NCBI GenBank assembly: GCA_965223375.1
Contig: OZ245000.1
Span: 3,163,092 to 3,227,091, forward strand
DNA: 64,000 bases
From: Candidatus Rariloculaceae bacterium
GTDB taxonomy: Bacteria; Pseudomonadota; Gammaproteobacteria; Steroidobacterales; Rariloculaceae
Direction: 5' to 3'
Under the pieces are notes generated by a model. The model worked only from the letters and a program-made list of their open reading frames with translations, made no database searches and was not told where the DNA came from. Shown piece by piece: positions 54,156-63,734 of this stretch (the first letter of the stretch is position 1; each line of letters starts with the position of its first letter). The position numbers were made by a program, and so were the translations under genes.

Positions 54156-54773
54156 ATGAATCTGATCAGGCTCAAGGAGGCAGAGGCCGCGTTTCTCGCC
54201 CGCTATCCCGGCGGGTTTGACGACCCGGACCTCGAGCACGTACGAAAGCGGCACAATGTCGGGAAGCTCTCGGCGTATGCGCGCGAGAACCTGACACCGG
54301 CCGTGTTCGGCCAGCCGCAGAAGTTTGCCGACGCGCTGTGGACGATCGTCAGCCGTTCTTCGATGGTGTCGCGCTTCGAGAAGCCGCCGTTTCGTGAGAT
54401 GCTCGACTCACTGACGTCACGTGACAAGAGCCGCCTGGCAGCGGCCTACGAGATGCGGCTGACCGGGCGCAGGAAACGGCAGGGCTTCGACGAGATCGTC
54501 GATTTCCTTGCCCATTACAAGCTGGCGCGCTGGTCGCTGGTCTCGGCCGTCCCCTACTACTTCGCTCCGACCAGGGAAGCGTTCGTCAAGCCGACCACGG
54601 CAAAGAAGATCGTCGCGGGCCTCGAGGTCGACGATCTGCACTATCGCCCGCGGCCGGACTGGGCCTTCTACGACGGGTACCGCAGGCTGCTGCTGGCGAT
54701 AAAGCGCGAGATCGACCCGAGCCTCGGTGGCAACAATGCCGGCATCGCCGGATTCCTGATGACGACCCTCTAG
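54156..54773 (+). CDS. Hypothetical cytoplasmic protein
   Basis: Trimmed to MNLIRLKEAEAAFLARYPGGFDDPD.... 205 aa, no recognised family. Confidence 0.55.
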   Translation: MNLIRLKEAEAAFLARYPGGFDDPDLEHVRKRHNVGKLSAYARENLTPAVFGQPQKFADALWTIVSRSSMVSRFEKPPFREMLDSLTSRDKSRLAAAYEMRLTGRRKRQGFDEIVDFLAHYKLARWSLVSAVPYYFAPTREAFVKPTTAKKIVAGLEVDDLHYRPRPDWAFYDGYRRLLLAIKREIDPSLGGNNAGIAGFLMTTL

Positions 54774-54779
54774 CTCGGA

Positions 54780-54869
54780 AGTTTGGGGACAGGGCGGAGT
54801 TTGGGGACAGTGACCCTAATTTTCTGGAATTAGGGTCACTGTCCCCAAACTCCGCCCTGTCCCCAAACT
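54780..54869. repeat. Perfect palindrome with 42-bp arms and a 6-nt loop; each arm holds two direct copies of AGTTTGGGGACAG
   Basis: The left arm at 54780-54821 is agtttggggacagggcggagtttggggacagtgaccctaatt. The loop is ttctgg. The right arm at 54828-54869 is its exact reverse complement. Confidence 0.95.
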
Positions 54870-54946
54870 CCGCGTGTATGATCCGGTGCCTGCTGCGCGC
54901 CGTCCGCGCGCGGTTCGGGACCCAATAGCTCGGATTTGCGAGGATC

Positions 54947-56416
54947 ATGCGCTTTCACCGGACGTCCGCCGACGCGACGAGAGACTTCGGCATCGGCATA
55001 GACTTCGGAACGACGAACAGCGTCGCCGCCGTATATGACGGCCGTGACGTTACCGTCGTCGAGCTCGAACCCGGGTCGCGCGTCATGCCATCGGCGAGCT
55101 ACATCGACACGCATTTCGCGGTAGCGACCGGCAACGAGGCAATTCGCACCTATATCGACAGCAATCGTGGCCGACGTGTCGAGCTCAGGGCCGAGGTCCT
55201 CGGTGAAGGCAGGCTGTCGACCGGGCAGATCGACCCGGATACCGGTATTCCTGGTGCGGCTGAGACCCAGAAGATCTACGGCCGCGAAATTGACGACGCC
55301 GGGTTGCCCGGCCGGCTCTTTCATGGCACCAAGCGACTGCTGGGCAGCCCGGATGCGGAACGTATCGTCGTGTTCAATCGGCCGTTCAGGCTCGTTGCAC
55401 TGATCACGCCGATTCTGCTGCACATTCAGCGTGCGATCGAACGCTCACTGCAAGAGCGCGAGGGGGCGGGTCGTGCGGCCGACCACGCCTGCATCGGATT
55501 TCCGGTGCGTTTCGAGGGCGCAGACCGGGATGACGACCAATTGGCGTTGTCACGACTGAGCGAGGCGAATCGGCATGCCGGTATCGCCCGGCAGCAGTTC
55601 TGCCCCGAGCCGATCGCTGCGGCCATCAGCCACTTCCACAGCGATCCGCCGCAAGGCGAATCGCATGCGCTCGCCGTCGATTTCGGCGGCGGCACGCTGG
55701 ATCTGTGTGTCATTCGTTATGCGGATGGCGATCTGGAGGTCAAGGCCGTGCACGGCATCGGGCTCGGCGGCAATCGGATAGACCAGGCGATATTCCGGCG
55801 GCTGCTCTTCCCGATGCTCGGCGACGGCGAAACGTGGCGCCGGGATGTCGATGGGCGTGTCCTCGAAGCGCCGTTCCCGTTCTGGATGTACGAGGATCGC
55901 CTGTTGAACTGGCAGCTGACCTACACGCTGAATCAGAACAAATACACGACACCTCTGCTGGACCAGATGCGGAGCGGCAGGCCGGGAACGAAGCCGTTCG
56001 AGCGGCTCTATCATCTGATCGCCCAGAATTACGGCTACGAAACGTTTCGGGCCGTTCGCCGTCTGAAAGAGCACCTGTCTTCCGAGGCAGCCGGCGTCCT
56101 CGACGTGCCGGAGATCGACATCTACGCGCGCATGGACAGACGCGAACTGAACGGCATGATCGGCGAGTTGCTGCAACAGTTCGAGACGACGGTGGACGAG
56201 ACGCTCGACAAAGCCGGGCTCGCGGCAGCGGATGTCGATCTCGTGCTCAGGACCGGCGGTTCTGCGCTGATTCCGGCCGTTGCGGACATTCTCGAAGACC
56301 GCTTTCCCGGCAGGATCGTCGCCCAGAACCCGTTCACCAGCGTTGCGGCGGGGCTCGCGATCGCCGATTACTACGACCTCGGTCAGAGCCTGACTGATAT
56401 CGGTGGTGAGCGATGA
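54947..56416 (+). CDS. Hsp70-family ATPase, nucleotide-binding domain only (YegD-like)
   Basis: 489 aa. Actin-fold motifs are GIDFGTTNS, AVDFGGGTLD and LRTGGSALIP. There is no substrate-binding domain. Confidence 0.85.
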   Translation: MRFHRTSADATRDFGIGIDFGTTNSVAAVYDGRDVTVVELEPGSRVMPSASYIDTHFAVATGNEAIRTYIDSNRGRRVELRAEVLGEGRLSTGQIDPDTGIPGAAETQKIYGREIDDAGLPGRLFHGTKRLLGSPDAERIVVFNRPFRLVALITPILLHIQRAIERSLQEREGAGRAADHACIGFPVRFEGADRDDDQLALSRLSEANRHAGIARQQFCPEPIAAAISHFHSDPPQGESHALAVDFGGGTLDLCVIRYADGDLEVKAVHGIGLGGNRIDQAIFRRLLFPMLGDGETWRRDVDGRVLEAPFPFWMYEDRLLNWQLTYTLNQNKYTTPLLDQMRSGRPGTKPFERLYHLIAQNYGYETFRAVRRLKEHLSSEAAGVLDVPEIDIYARMDRRELNGMIGELLQQFETTVDETLDKAGLAAADVDLVLRTGGSALIPAVADILEDRFPGRIVAQNPFTSVAAGLAIADYYDLGQSLTDIGGER

Positions 56417-57321
56417 GCCGGGGCCCGAAGTCAGCCCGTTTGTCGGTAAGGCCGGGCGTGGCTTACCTGCTTGCCGCAGTGTCGATGATCATCTACTCGA
56501 GCCCGCCGGTGGTCACGCGTGCCGTCAACACGGACGTACCGGCGCTCGCCCTGTCACTTTCGCGCTGGGCCATCGCCGCGGTCATTCTGCTGCCATTCGT
56601 ATGGCGGCAATTGCCCGGCGAGTGGCCCAGGCTCAGGGCCAGCTGGTTCGCGCTGATGCTGCTGGTGTTGCCGATGATCATCGGTAGCACGATGTCGGTG
56701 CTCGCCGTCTATTACACGACGGCGACGAATGCCGTCCTCGTCAATGCAAGTCAACCGGCGATTACGGCGATGCTCGCCTGGCTGATCGTCGGCACGGCGC
56801 TGCTCGGTCGCCAGAAACTCGGTATCGCCTGCGCGTTCCTCGGTATCGTCATCATGATCGTGCGCGCCGATCCGGCTGTCCTGATGACGCTGGAACTCAA
56901 CGTCGGCGACTTCATCATGCTGCTCGCCGTGATTGGCTGGTCGCTATATGCAGTGTTGCTCGGGCGGTCGACCGATGCGCCCCACGGCGCGATGCTGATG
57001 TTCGTGATTGCGGTTGTCGGGTGTGTGGTGCTCGCTCCTGCGGCTCTGATAGAGCGTAGCGTTACCGGACCGTTCGATTTCGGACCGAACGTCGTCGCCG
57101 CAATGTTGTATTTGGCTGTCTTTCCCACGCTCCTCGCTACCGTGGCATGGAACACGGCAATTCGCGCGATCGGCGCGAACAAGACCGCGATCTTCGTGAA
57201 TCTGATTCCGGTATCCGGCGCCGCCCTGGCGGTTGTCTTCCTCGGCGAGCGGCTCTTCGCGTATCACGTGATCGGAGCGATCTTCGTGATTACCGGCATC
57301 TATCTGGCCGTCCGTCGTTGA
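56413..57321 (+). CDS. DMT superfamily (EamA-like) transporter
   Basis: 302 aa with ten TM segments. ATGA overlap with the Hsp70-like gene. Confidence 0.85.
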   Translation: MSRGPKSARLSVRPGVAYLLAAVSMIIYSSPPVVTRAVNTDVPALALSLSRWAIAAVILLPFVWRQLPGEWPRLRASWFALMLLVLPMIIGSTMSVLAVYYTTATNAVLVNASQPAITAMLAWLIVGTALLGRQKLGIACAFLGIVIMIVRADPAVLMTLELNVGDFIMLLAVIGWSLYAVLLGRSTDAPHGAMLMFVIAVVGCVVLAPAALIERSVTGPFDFGPNVVAAMLYLAVFPTLLATVAWNTAIRAIGANKTAIFVNLIPVSGAALAVVFLGERLFAYHVIGAIFVITGIYLAVRR

Positions 57322-57342
57322 TGTCGGCGTGACTCCGGCCGG

Positions 57343-58059
57343 TCAATGCGTGTGCGGCGAGTCGGGCGCCACCGACACATAGCGAAATTCGTGCTTCCCG
57401 CCCAGCGTGACGATATCGCCGTCCCGAAGCACCGTGCGGTCGATTCGCCGCGAGTTGACCATCGTGCCGTTCTTGCTCCCGGTATCCTCGACGATCAGCC
57501 CGTTCTCGGCGACCCGCAGCCGCACATGGGTCCGGCTTATGAGCTCATCGCGGATCGTGATGTCGTTCGACCGGGCCCGGCCGATCGTAATCACCGGCTT
57601 TGAGATCGGAAATTCCCTGCCGGCCTGCTCGCCATCGCTCTGCGTCACGAGCAAATGGCACCGGGCCGGGGCCGCCTCGTCTTCGAGGCGGAGATCCATC
57701 ATGATGCTGTCGTCGACGCATCCGGCAGGCTGGCACTCGCCATCCGTGGCGTCTTCCCATGATCGTACCGTGGTCTCGACGTGTTCCTCGTCGTCGAGGA
57801 ATACGCACCACTGCAGCTTGTCCGATTGTGGCCCGGCGGCCGATGGCTCGGTGCCGCCCCGGCGCAGGTCGTCCTCGAGACTCGCGATATGAGCCTTCTG
57901 AATTGCGCTCCGCTCCGCAAGCTCCGCGCACGCCTGTTCCGCGACCAGTAGCTTCGCATCGAGCGAACGCATTCTCTGCTGCGCCGCGCCGAGCTCGTCG
58001 GCCAGCTTTCTTCGTTCGGCTTTGAGCTTCGAAAGCTCGTCGGGCGACTCGCCATCCAT
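57343..58059 (-). CDS. FHA-domain protein with an N-terminal coiled coil
   Basis: 238 aa. The C-terminal ITIGRARSNDITIRDELISRTHVRL...GSKNGTMVNSRRI is an FHA domain. The N-terminal ~70 aa are heptad-like. Confidence 0.85.
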   Translation of the reverse strand: MDGESPDELSKLKAERRKLADELGAAQQRMRSLDAKLLVAEQACAELAERSAIQKAHIASLEDDLRRGGTEPSAAGPQSDKLQWCVFLDDEEHVETTVRSWEDATDGECQPAGCVDDSIMMDLRLEDEAAPARCHLLVTQSDGEQAGREFPISKPVITIGRARSNDITIRDELISRTHVRLRVAENGLIVEDTGSKNGTMVNSRRIDRTVLRDGDIVTLGGKHEFRYVSVAPDSPHTH

Positions 58060-58210
58060 GTCTGACTCCCTGTCGTGCTTTTCGGCGGGCGGGGCGGTCG
58101 GTGCCCGTTCCAGGTCGATCGATCCGCGGTTGATCGGCGATGCCTTACACGTTCTGGTTATTCGTAGCCGGCATCAGATCACAAAACACGATTTGCTTCC
58201 GTGATCGGTG

Positions 58211-58807
58211 TCACACACGGAGCGTTTCGAGTTCCCATGGAATTGCAGGAGAGCGGGGACTCAAGAACAACCCGCCGCCCAGATTCGTCAGGTGCCGGCT
58301 GAGTCTGCGCCGGTACCAGTCGGCCGGCCTTATGTAAACGTCCGCGTCCGTCCGGTCGCGATCGCAGTTGGCTTCCCAGTCCTCCCGTGTCAGCAGACTG
58401 AAATACAGCACGCCACGCGTGATCGACGCGAGATTCTCAATTGCGGCATTTGCCTGGCGCGGCGGGAGGTACTGCAGCGCATCCTTGCATATGACCAGAT
58501 CGAACGGATACCGCGCGCGAAAGTCGACCGCCGAGCCGCGCACCCAGCCAAACTCGCGGCACAGGTACTCGCTGACCTCGACACCGGTGTAGCGCGCCTT
58601 CGGATAGTGCTTTGCCAGCAGCTCGCGCCACGGCCCGAAGCCGCAGCCGATGTCGGCGATCGTGCGTACCGGTTGTTCCAGGTACTTCAGATATGCGCAG
58701 ACGAAGTTGCAGTGTGCCTGCTCCTCGCGTGCCGATGCGATCCGACGGCGGCTGCGGCCGTAGAAGCGGTCGTAGTAGGCCTTGTCGAACGTCGTACGCT
58801 TGCTCAT
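58211..58807 (-). CDS. Class I SAM-dependent methyltransferase
   Basis: 198 aa. IADIGCGFGPW is motif I. Confidence 0.8.
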   Translation of the reverse strand: MSKRTTFDKAYYDRFYGRSRRRIASAREEQAHCNFVCAYLKYLEQPVRTIADIGCGFGPWRELLAKHYPKARYTGVEVSEYLCREFGWVRGSAVDFRARYPFDLVICKDALQYLPPRQANAAIENLASITRGVLYFSLLTREDWEANCDRDRTDADVYIRPADWYRRRLSRHLTNLGGGLFLSPRSPAIPWELETLRV

Positions 58808-58864
58808 CGATGCCGCGCGACCTGGCTGCAGAGGCGCCGGCGCCGTCGAAGGCCGGCAACAGGA

Positions 58865-59521
58865 TCAGGACGGACCGATCGGCCCCGGATAGTCCACCTC
58901 GTCGAGTTTCCCGGTATCGACGTCATAGACGAAACCCCGGACAGTGACAGCATCCGCGCCCGTTGTGGGGATCCATGGATGATTGACAATCGACGAGATG
59001 CCGCGCCGCACGTTCCAGGCCAGGCGTTCCATCTGACCCTCGGTGCGGGCCGCGTCGAGCGGCTCCAGCTCGCCGCGAAACGCGTGGAAGGCAGCCGGGC
59101 TGGAACTCGACTTTCGGCGGCTCCTGAATTGCCGACCGGTCGCCTGGCCGAGCAGTTTTGCCGCTGCCTTGTCGCCCTCGAGACCGGATTTCAGCAGGTC
59201 GTCGGTGAATGCAAGCATCCCGCAGCGCGTGTGATGAATCAGGATGATCTCGTTCGTGTCGAGGAGGTGGTGGGAGATGATCAGACAGCGAATCGCATCT
59301 TCGGTGACTACGCCACCGGCGTTGCGAATGATGTGCGCTTCACCCGTCTGCAGCCCGAGAAGATCCTCGACATCGATTCGGGCATCCATACAGGCAACGA
59401 CGGCAAGCCGGCGCGCCGGTTGTATCGGTTGCTTCCCGGGGTGAGCGGACTTGTGAAGTGCCTTGCCCCGGACGTAGCCGGCGTTGTTGCGTAGCAGCTT
59501 GTCGGTGATCTTGTCGGCCAT
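58865..59521 (-). CDS. Beta-class carbonic anhydrase
   Basis: Trimmed to [10 protein letters not shown]... (RBS AGGAGA). It carries [30 protein letters not shown] and IHHTRCGM (Zn ligands C, H, C). Confidence 0.9.
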   Translation of the reverse strand: MADKITDKLLRNNAGYVRGKALHKSAHPGKQPIQPARRLAVVACMDARIDVEDLLGLQTGEAHIIRNAGGVVTEDAIRCLIISHHLLDTNEIILIHHTRCGMLAFTDDLLKSGLEGDKAAAKLLGQATGRQFRSRRKSSSSPAAFHAFRGELEPLDAARTEGQMERLAWNVRRGISSIVNHPWIPTTGADAVTVRGFVYDVDTGKLDEVDYPGPIGPS

Positions 59522-59580
59522 GTTGTTCTCCTTGTGGGCGACGCATGCTAACCCATTCGGGACACGTGCGAATGTGATAT

Positions 59581-59847
59581 ATGATGGCAGAGATGCCCAT
59601 CTACGATTATCGCTGCAGGAGCTGTGACCGGGTTTTCGACGAGCTGGTGAAGCTCGGCGAAACGCCGGATTGCCCGTCCTGCGGCGGCAACGATCTCGAG
59701 AGACTGAGATCGCTGCCGGCAATCAGCACGTCCGGGACGCGGGCCCGTTCGCACGGCATCGCACGGGCGAAGGCCGACGCCACGCGCAAGGAAAAGCAGC
59801 ACGCGCAGGCCGAGTACGAGCGTAACTACATCAAGGATCACAGCTAG
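59581..59847 (+). CDS. FmdB-family zinc-ribbon protein
   Basis: [19 protein letters not shown]...CPSCGG fits the CxxC...CxxC pattern. The start is ATG 59581 or 59593. Confidence 0.85.
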   Translation: MMAEMPIYDYRCRSCDRVFDELVKLGETPDCPSCGGNDLERLRSLPAISTSGTRARSHGIARAKADATRKEKQHAQAEYERNYIKDHS

Positions 59848-59927
59848 CAGGTTGTTGAACAAATCTCTGGCGGATGCGATTCAACGGCGCAGCGCGCCGC
59901 CAGAGACTTGTTCAACAGGCTGCTAGC
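59843..59927. repeat. Imperfect 31-bp inverted repeat (3 mismatches, 23-nt loop) between convergent genes
   Basis: GCTAGCAGGTTGTTGAACAAATCTCTGGCGG at 59843-59873 pairs with CCGCCAGAGACTTGTTCAACAGGCTGCTAGC at 59897-59927. The left arm includes the fmdB stop codon. Confidence 0.85.
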
Positions 59928-59968
59928 GGCTGCGGCACAAAATCACGAGCCCTGTCCGGCTGCGAACT

Positions 59969-61216
59969 CTATTCCGCCCCGATGCCGGTCGTGTACTCGT
60001 ACGCGAGCTCACGGCACTCGTCCTCGGCGAACGGCGCGTCGGCCGGCAGAACGATGTCGGAGCCCGCATAGTCCTCGCGGAAGAAGAGCGGATCTCTCGC
60101 GACATAGTCGCGGGTAAGCGCCGCGGTCGACGGGTCTAGCGTGAAGCGCTCGACCACATGCAGCTCGCCGCTGTGCGGCACGAGCCCCGCAATGATCCCG
60201 GGCTCGAAACCGATCGTATCGACGACCAGCGTGTCGCCTTCCCAGTGACCAATCGAATGCCCGCCGCGGCTCGGCACGATGTCGGCGGGATGGGCCGACT
60301 GATCGAGCCGTACCGTCCGGGTCAGGCCACGCCCGTACTCGATCGTAATCGCGTCGGCAGTCTGGCTGACCCGGTTGATCGGGCCGTCGAATACCCAGTC
60401 GAACAGGATGCTGGTGATCTCGCACTGAATGCGCGGATGCTGCTCGGGCGGTGCATTGCGCAGCACTTCGGCCGCAGCCTCACCGGCGGCCGTCAGCGTA
60501 ACGGGGCGGGCGCCCCAGCCCGCGTTCGGCACGTCTGCGGCGGCGATCTCGCCGGCCTCGACGGCGGCAACCATGCTCTTCGGCACCAGCCCGCCGCGGC
60601 CGTCCGGTGACGAGGCGAGCAGATACTGCTCCTGCGCCCAGTCCCCGGCCAGATTGATCTCGCCGGTCTCCGTCCGGTACGGGCGGGTGCCGGGATCGGC
60701 CGGCGCGCTGTCGGTCAGTTGCTCCGTTAGCTGCTGATAGCGCTCGAGCGCGTTGCCATCGATCTCAAGCGTTTCGGCATAGCACGACGACGGGTCGTCG
60801 CGGTGCGGTCGGCCACTGATGACGATCGGGGCGCCCTCGACGAACAGCTCCGGCGACCAGCCCGATCGCCGCAGGACGGTGGCAGCGCGCATCTCGCAGC
60901 CCATCGAAAGCACGCTGCCGTCGGGCTGCATCACGTCGAAGTAGACATAGGAATGCGGGTTGACGAAATCGAGGCCCGTCAGAATGCCCTCGACCTCGAT
61001 CTCGGCATTGCGGTCGAAGCGACCGAAGCCGTGATGCGCGAGTGCCGGTGTCGCCGTGACGAGCAGCGCCAGAAAGGCGGCTCGACGGACGCCGGCCGAA
61101 GGCGCAGACGCGCGCTGCCCGGAGCGCTCGCCGCGGCAATGCCTCCGCGCGCTGGTCGGTTCGGTTTCACCTGCCGCCATGCGCGTCGCGTCGATCGAGT
61201 CGTCGTGGGTAGTCAT
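59969..61216 (-). CDS. Periplasmic fusion protein: N-module + C-module (third fused paralogue)
   Basis: ...RRAAFLALLVTATPALA|HHGFGRFD. It carries VNPHSYVYF, RRSGW, GHSIGHWEGDTLVVDT, LHVVERF and DECREL. The start is uncertain (61216 or 61180 rather than 61315). Confidence 0.8.
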   Translation of the reverse strand: MTTHDDSIDATRMAAGETEPTSARRHCRGERSGQRASAPSAGVRRAAFLALLVTATPALAHHGFGRFDRNAEIEVEGILTGLDFVNPHSYVYFDVMQPDGSVLSMGCEMRAATVLRRSGWSPELFVEGAPIVISGRPHRDDPSSCYAETLEIDGNALERYQQLTEQLTDSAPADPGTRPYRTETGEINLAGDWAQEQYLLASSPDGRGGLVPKSMVAAVEAGEIAAADVPNAGWGARPVTLTAAGEAAAEVLRNAPPEQHPRIQCEITSILFDWVFDGPINRVSQTADAITIEYGRGLTRTVRLDQSAHPADIVPSRGGHSIGHWEGDTLVVDTIGFEPGIIAGLVPHSGELHVVERFTLDPSTAALTRDYVARDPLFFREDYAGSDIVLPADAPFAEDECRELAYEYTTGIGAE

Positions 61217-61405
61217 TCTTCTTGTCCTCGCGCGCAGTCGTAATGGCCCGATGATACTGGCGAACTGCCGTTCGCAGCGAGGCGCGGCGGGCTCGCCCGG
61301 CTGCTGCGGCGGCATTGCGTCCCGCCCATGGCCCCGGATGTATCGATGGGTGTCCGGGGGCAGCTAGAATGGTCGAATTATTGCAACGACTCAGGGGAGA
61401 AGCTT

Positions 61406-62119
61406 GTGACTGGACTCACCAGAATTCTGCTGGCAGGGATCTGCTCGATCGGCCTCGCGACGAGCGCCATGGCCGTGGCGCCTGATTTCATCGAGAAGCT
61501 GACCGGCGACTCGCGCCCGGCAGAAGACCAGGTCCGGGACGGCGCGCGGCGACCCGCGCAGGTCATGGATCTGCTCGGCGTCGAGGCCGGTATGACGGCG
61601 ATCGACGTCGGCGCCGGTGGCGGCTGGTATACGCGCGTGCTGTCGGCGGCGGTCGGTGGCGACGGCCACGTCATCGGGCAGTTCGGCCCGCGCGCGCTAC
61701 AGCGCGAGAACGGTGCCGGGCCGCGGGCGCTCGCCGAGGGCCTCGGCAACACGGAAGCGTCGTTCGAGGATCTCGGCGATCTCGACGAAGGCATCGCGGA
61801 CGTAGCCATTACGGCGCTCAACATGCATCACGGCAACGCCGACAGGAACGTGCCTTATTTGCAGAGCATTCTGCGCGTGCTGAAGCCTGGCGGTCGTGCC
61901 GCGATCATCGATCACATCGGGTCGCCGGGGATGAACAACGGCGATCTCCATCGAATGCTGATCGACGATGCACGGGAATGGATTCAGGCGGCAGGCTTCG
62001 AGATCGTCGTCGAGTCGGACATCCTCCGAACCACCGCCGACGATCACAGCAAGGCGCCGTTCGACCCAACGCTCGGCCGGAACACGGACCGCTTTCTGTT
62101 CATCGTGCGCAAGCCGTAA
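61406..62119 (+). CDS. Exported class I SAM-dependent methyltransferase-like protein
   Basis: GTG start with RBS AGGGGAGA. The signal peptide is VTGLTRILLAGICSIGLATSAMA. It carries AIDVGAGGGWYT and LKPGGRAAIIDH. Confidence 0.75.
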   Translation: MTGLTRILLAGICSIGLATSAMAVAPDFIEKLTGDSRPAEDQVRDGARRPAQVMDLLGVEAGMTAIDVGAGGGWYTRVLSAAVGGDGHVIGQFGPRALQRENGAGPRALAEGLGNTEASFEDLGDLDEGIADVAITALNMHHGNADRNVPYLQSILRVLKPGGRAAIIDHIGSPGMNNGDLHRMLIDDAREWIQAAGFEIVVESDILRTTADDHSKAPFDPTLGRNTDRFLFIVRKP

Positions 62120-62183
62120 CGACCAGCCGAATACGCTTCACGCGAGCGCCGGCCCCGCTGCGTGGGCCGGCCTTATCCGCACG

Positions 62184-63590
62184 TCAGCGCGTCTGCCTCT
62201 CGGCGATCGCCTCGAGCCTGTCTGCGATGAAGTCAGCCGGCAGCCAGCGGCCGTCGATCATCACGCCCGCGTTTCGCGCAACGGCGCCAATGTCCTCGAG
62301 CGGGTTCGCGTCGAGCAGCAGAAGGTCGGCGTTCTTGCCGACCGCAATCGTGCCAGCCGTTGCGTCGGTGCCGAGATGCCGTGCCACGTTTACTGTGCCG
62401 GTCCGCAGGACTTCGTACGGCGTAAGTCCGGCCTCGACCATCAGCGGCAGTTCCCGGTGCAGCGAGAATCCGGGGACGCTGAAGATCTGCGGCGCATCGG
62501 TCCCCATCAGAATGACGACGCCTTCATCGTGCATTGCCTTCAGTAGCTCCTGACGCAGCTCGGCCTCGCGCGCCGCCGCAAGTCGGCTCGCATTGTTGAA
62601 GGCAGCGCTGGCATTGCGCTGCCAGCCACGCACGGTCGCAGCCGCGACGTAACGATTCTCGGGATGCGTCACCAGCAGGCTCGGGTCATGGGCGCCGCTC
62701 AGCACCTGCCACAGCATCTGCGTCGGAACGACCGCGACGCCTGCATCGAACGTCGCCTCGGCAAGGTCTTCGATCGTGTCCGGGTCGGCGTGAACGGCCA
62801 GCAGGCGACGTCGTTCAGCTCCGCTTGCTGCCAGGGCCGGCGACCGCGGCGGCTGCATCGCATCGATGTAGTTGTCGAGATGGTCGATCGTCGACTGGCG
62901 GGCCGCCAGCGCGCCCGCAACGCCTATCGCATCCGGGACGTGGCCACCGAAAGGCAGGCCGAGCTCGTTGGCCGTGGCGACGATCGTTGCGTAGACGCTC
63001 TCGCTGAGCCCCTCGTGAATCTTCAGCAGGTCGTAGCCGTCGGCATGCGCCTGGCGCACGAGCCTCTGCGCGGTTGCCGCATCCGGAACGTTTCGGCCGA
63101 GCAGCGCTGGTGCCGCGAGCCACATCCGCGGCCCGAGCAGCTCGCCGGCCGCGACGCGCTCCCGGATCTCGAGCTGCGCCGGGTGACCCTGCATGCCGCG
63201 CACCGTCGTCGCACCGCCCGCGAGGTACAAGAACAGAATGTCGGCCGCATCGCTCCCCGCAGGCAGATGGCCATGCATTTCCGCGAGGCCAGGCAGCAGG
63301 AATCTCTCGCGACCGTCGATGCGTACTGCCTCGGCAGGCACCCCGGTCGAGGCCGCCGGTCCGACCGCGGTAATGCGGCCCGTATCGACGACGACCGTGT
63401 GATCCGGAAGCACGCGCTCCTCGTCCATCGGAATCACGGTGACGTTCGTGATTGCGTAGCTGCCACGAGCCGGTGGCTGCGCGTGGCCGTTGCCGGTGGC
63501 AAGCAGCAGGCAGGTCGCGAGGCCCGCGGCGAGTGCTCGGGTTGCGGCAACAGTCAGCCGGCCTCCGGCTGCCTCGAACGGTGCTGTCAT
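62184..63590 (-). CDS. Amidohydrolase family protein, exported
   Basis: Trimmed to MTAPFEAAGGRLTVAATRALAAGLATCLLLATGNGHAQ. It carries LLPGLAEMHGHLP and GTDAPQI. Confidence 0.85.
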   Translation of the reverse strand: MTAPFEAAGGRLTVAATRALAAGLATCLLLATGNGHAQPPARGSYAITNVTVIPMDEERVLPDHTVVVDTGRITAVGPAASTGVPAEAVRIDGRERFLLPGLAEMHGHLPAGSDAADILFLYLAGGATTVRGMQGHPAQLEIRERVAAGELLGPRMWLAAPALLGRNVPDAATAQRLVRQAHADGYDLLKIHEGLSESVYATIVATANELGLPFGGHVPDAIGVAGALAARQSTIDHLDNYIDAMQPPRSPALAASGAERRRLLAVHADPDTIEDLAEATFDAGVAVVPTQMLWQVLSGAHDPSLLVTHPENRYVAAATVRGWQRNASAAFNNASRLAAAREAELRQELLKAMHDEGVVILMGTDAPQIFSVPGFSLHRELPLMVEAGLTPYEVLRTGTVNVARHLGTDATAGTIAVGKNADLLLLDANPLEDIGAVARNAGVMIDGRWLPADFIADRLEAIAERQTR

Positions 63591-63734
63591 GGCGGCGGAC
63601 TCCCGGCGACAAATGGAGCGACGATGGTAGCAGGCCGGCAGCGCCCCGCCGCCGGCCGCCAGGGCTGTTAGCAGTATGAAATAATTATGATATCGTGATA
63701 ATATCATGCCAAGGACCCGCTTGGAGGCCTGAAG

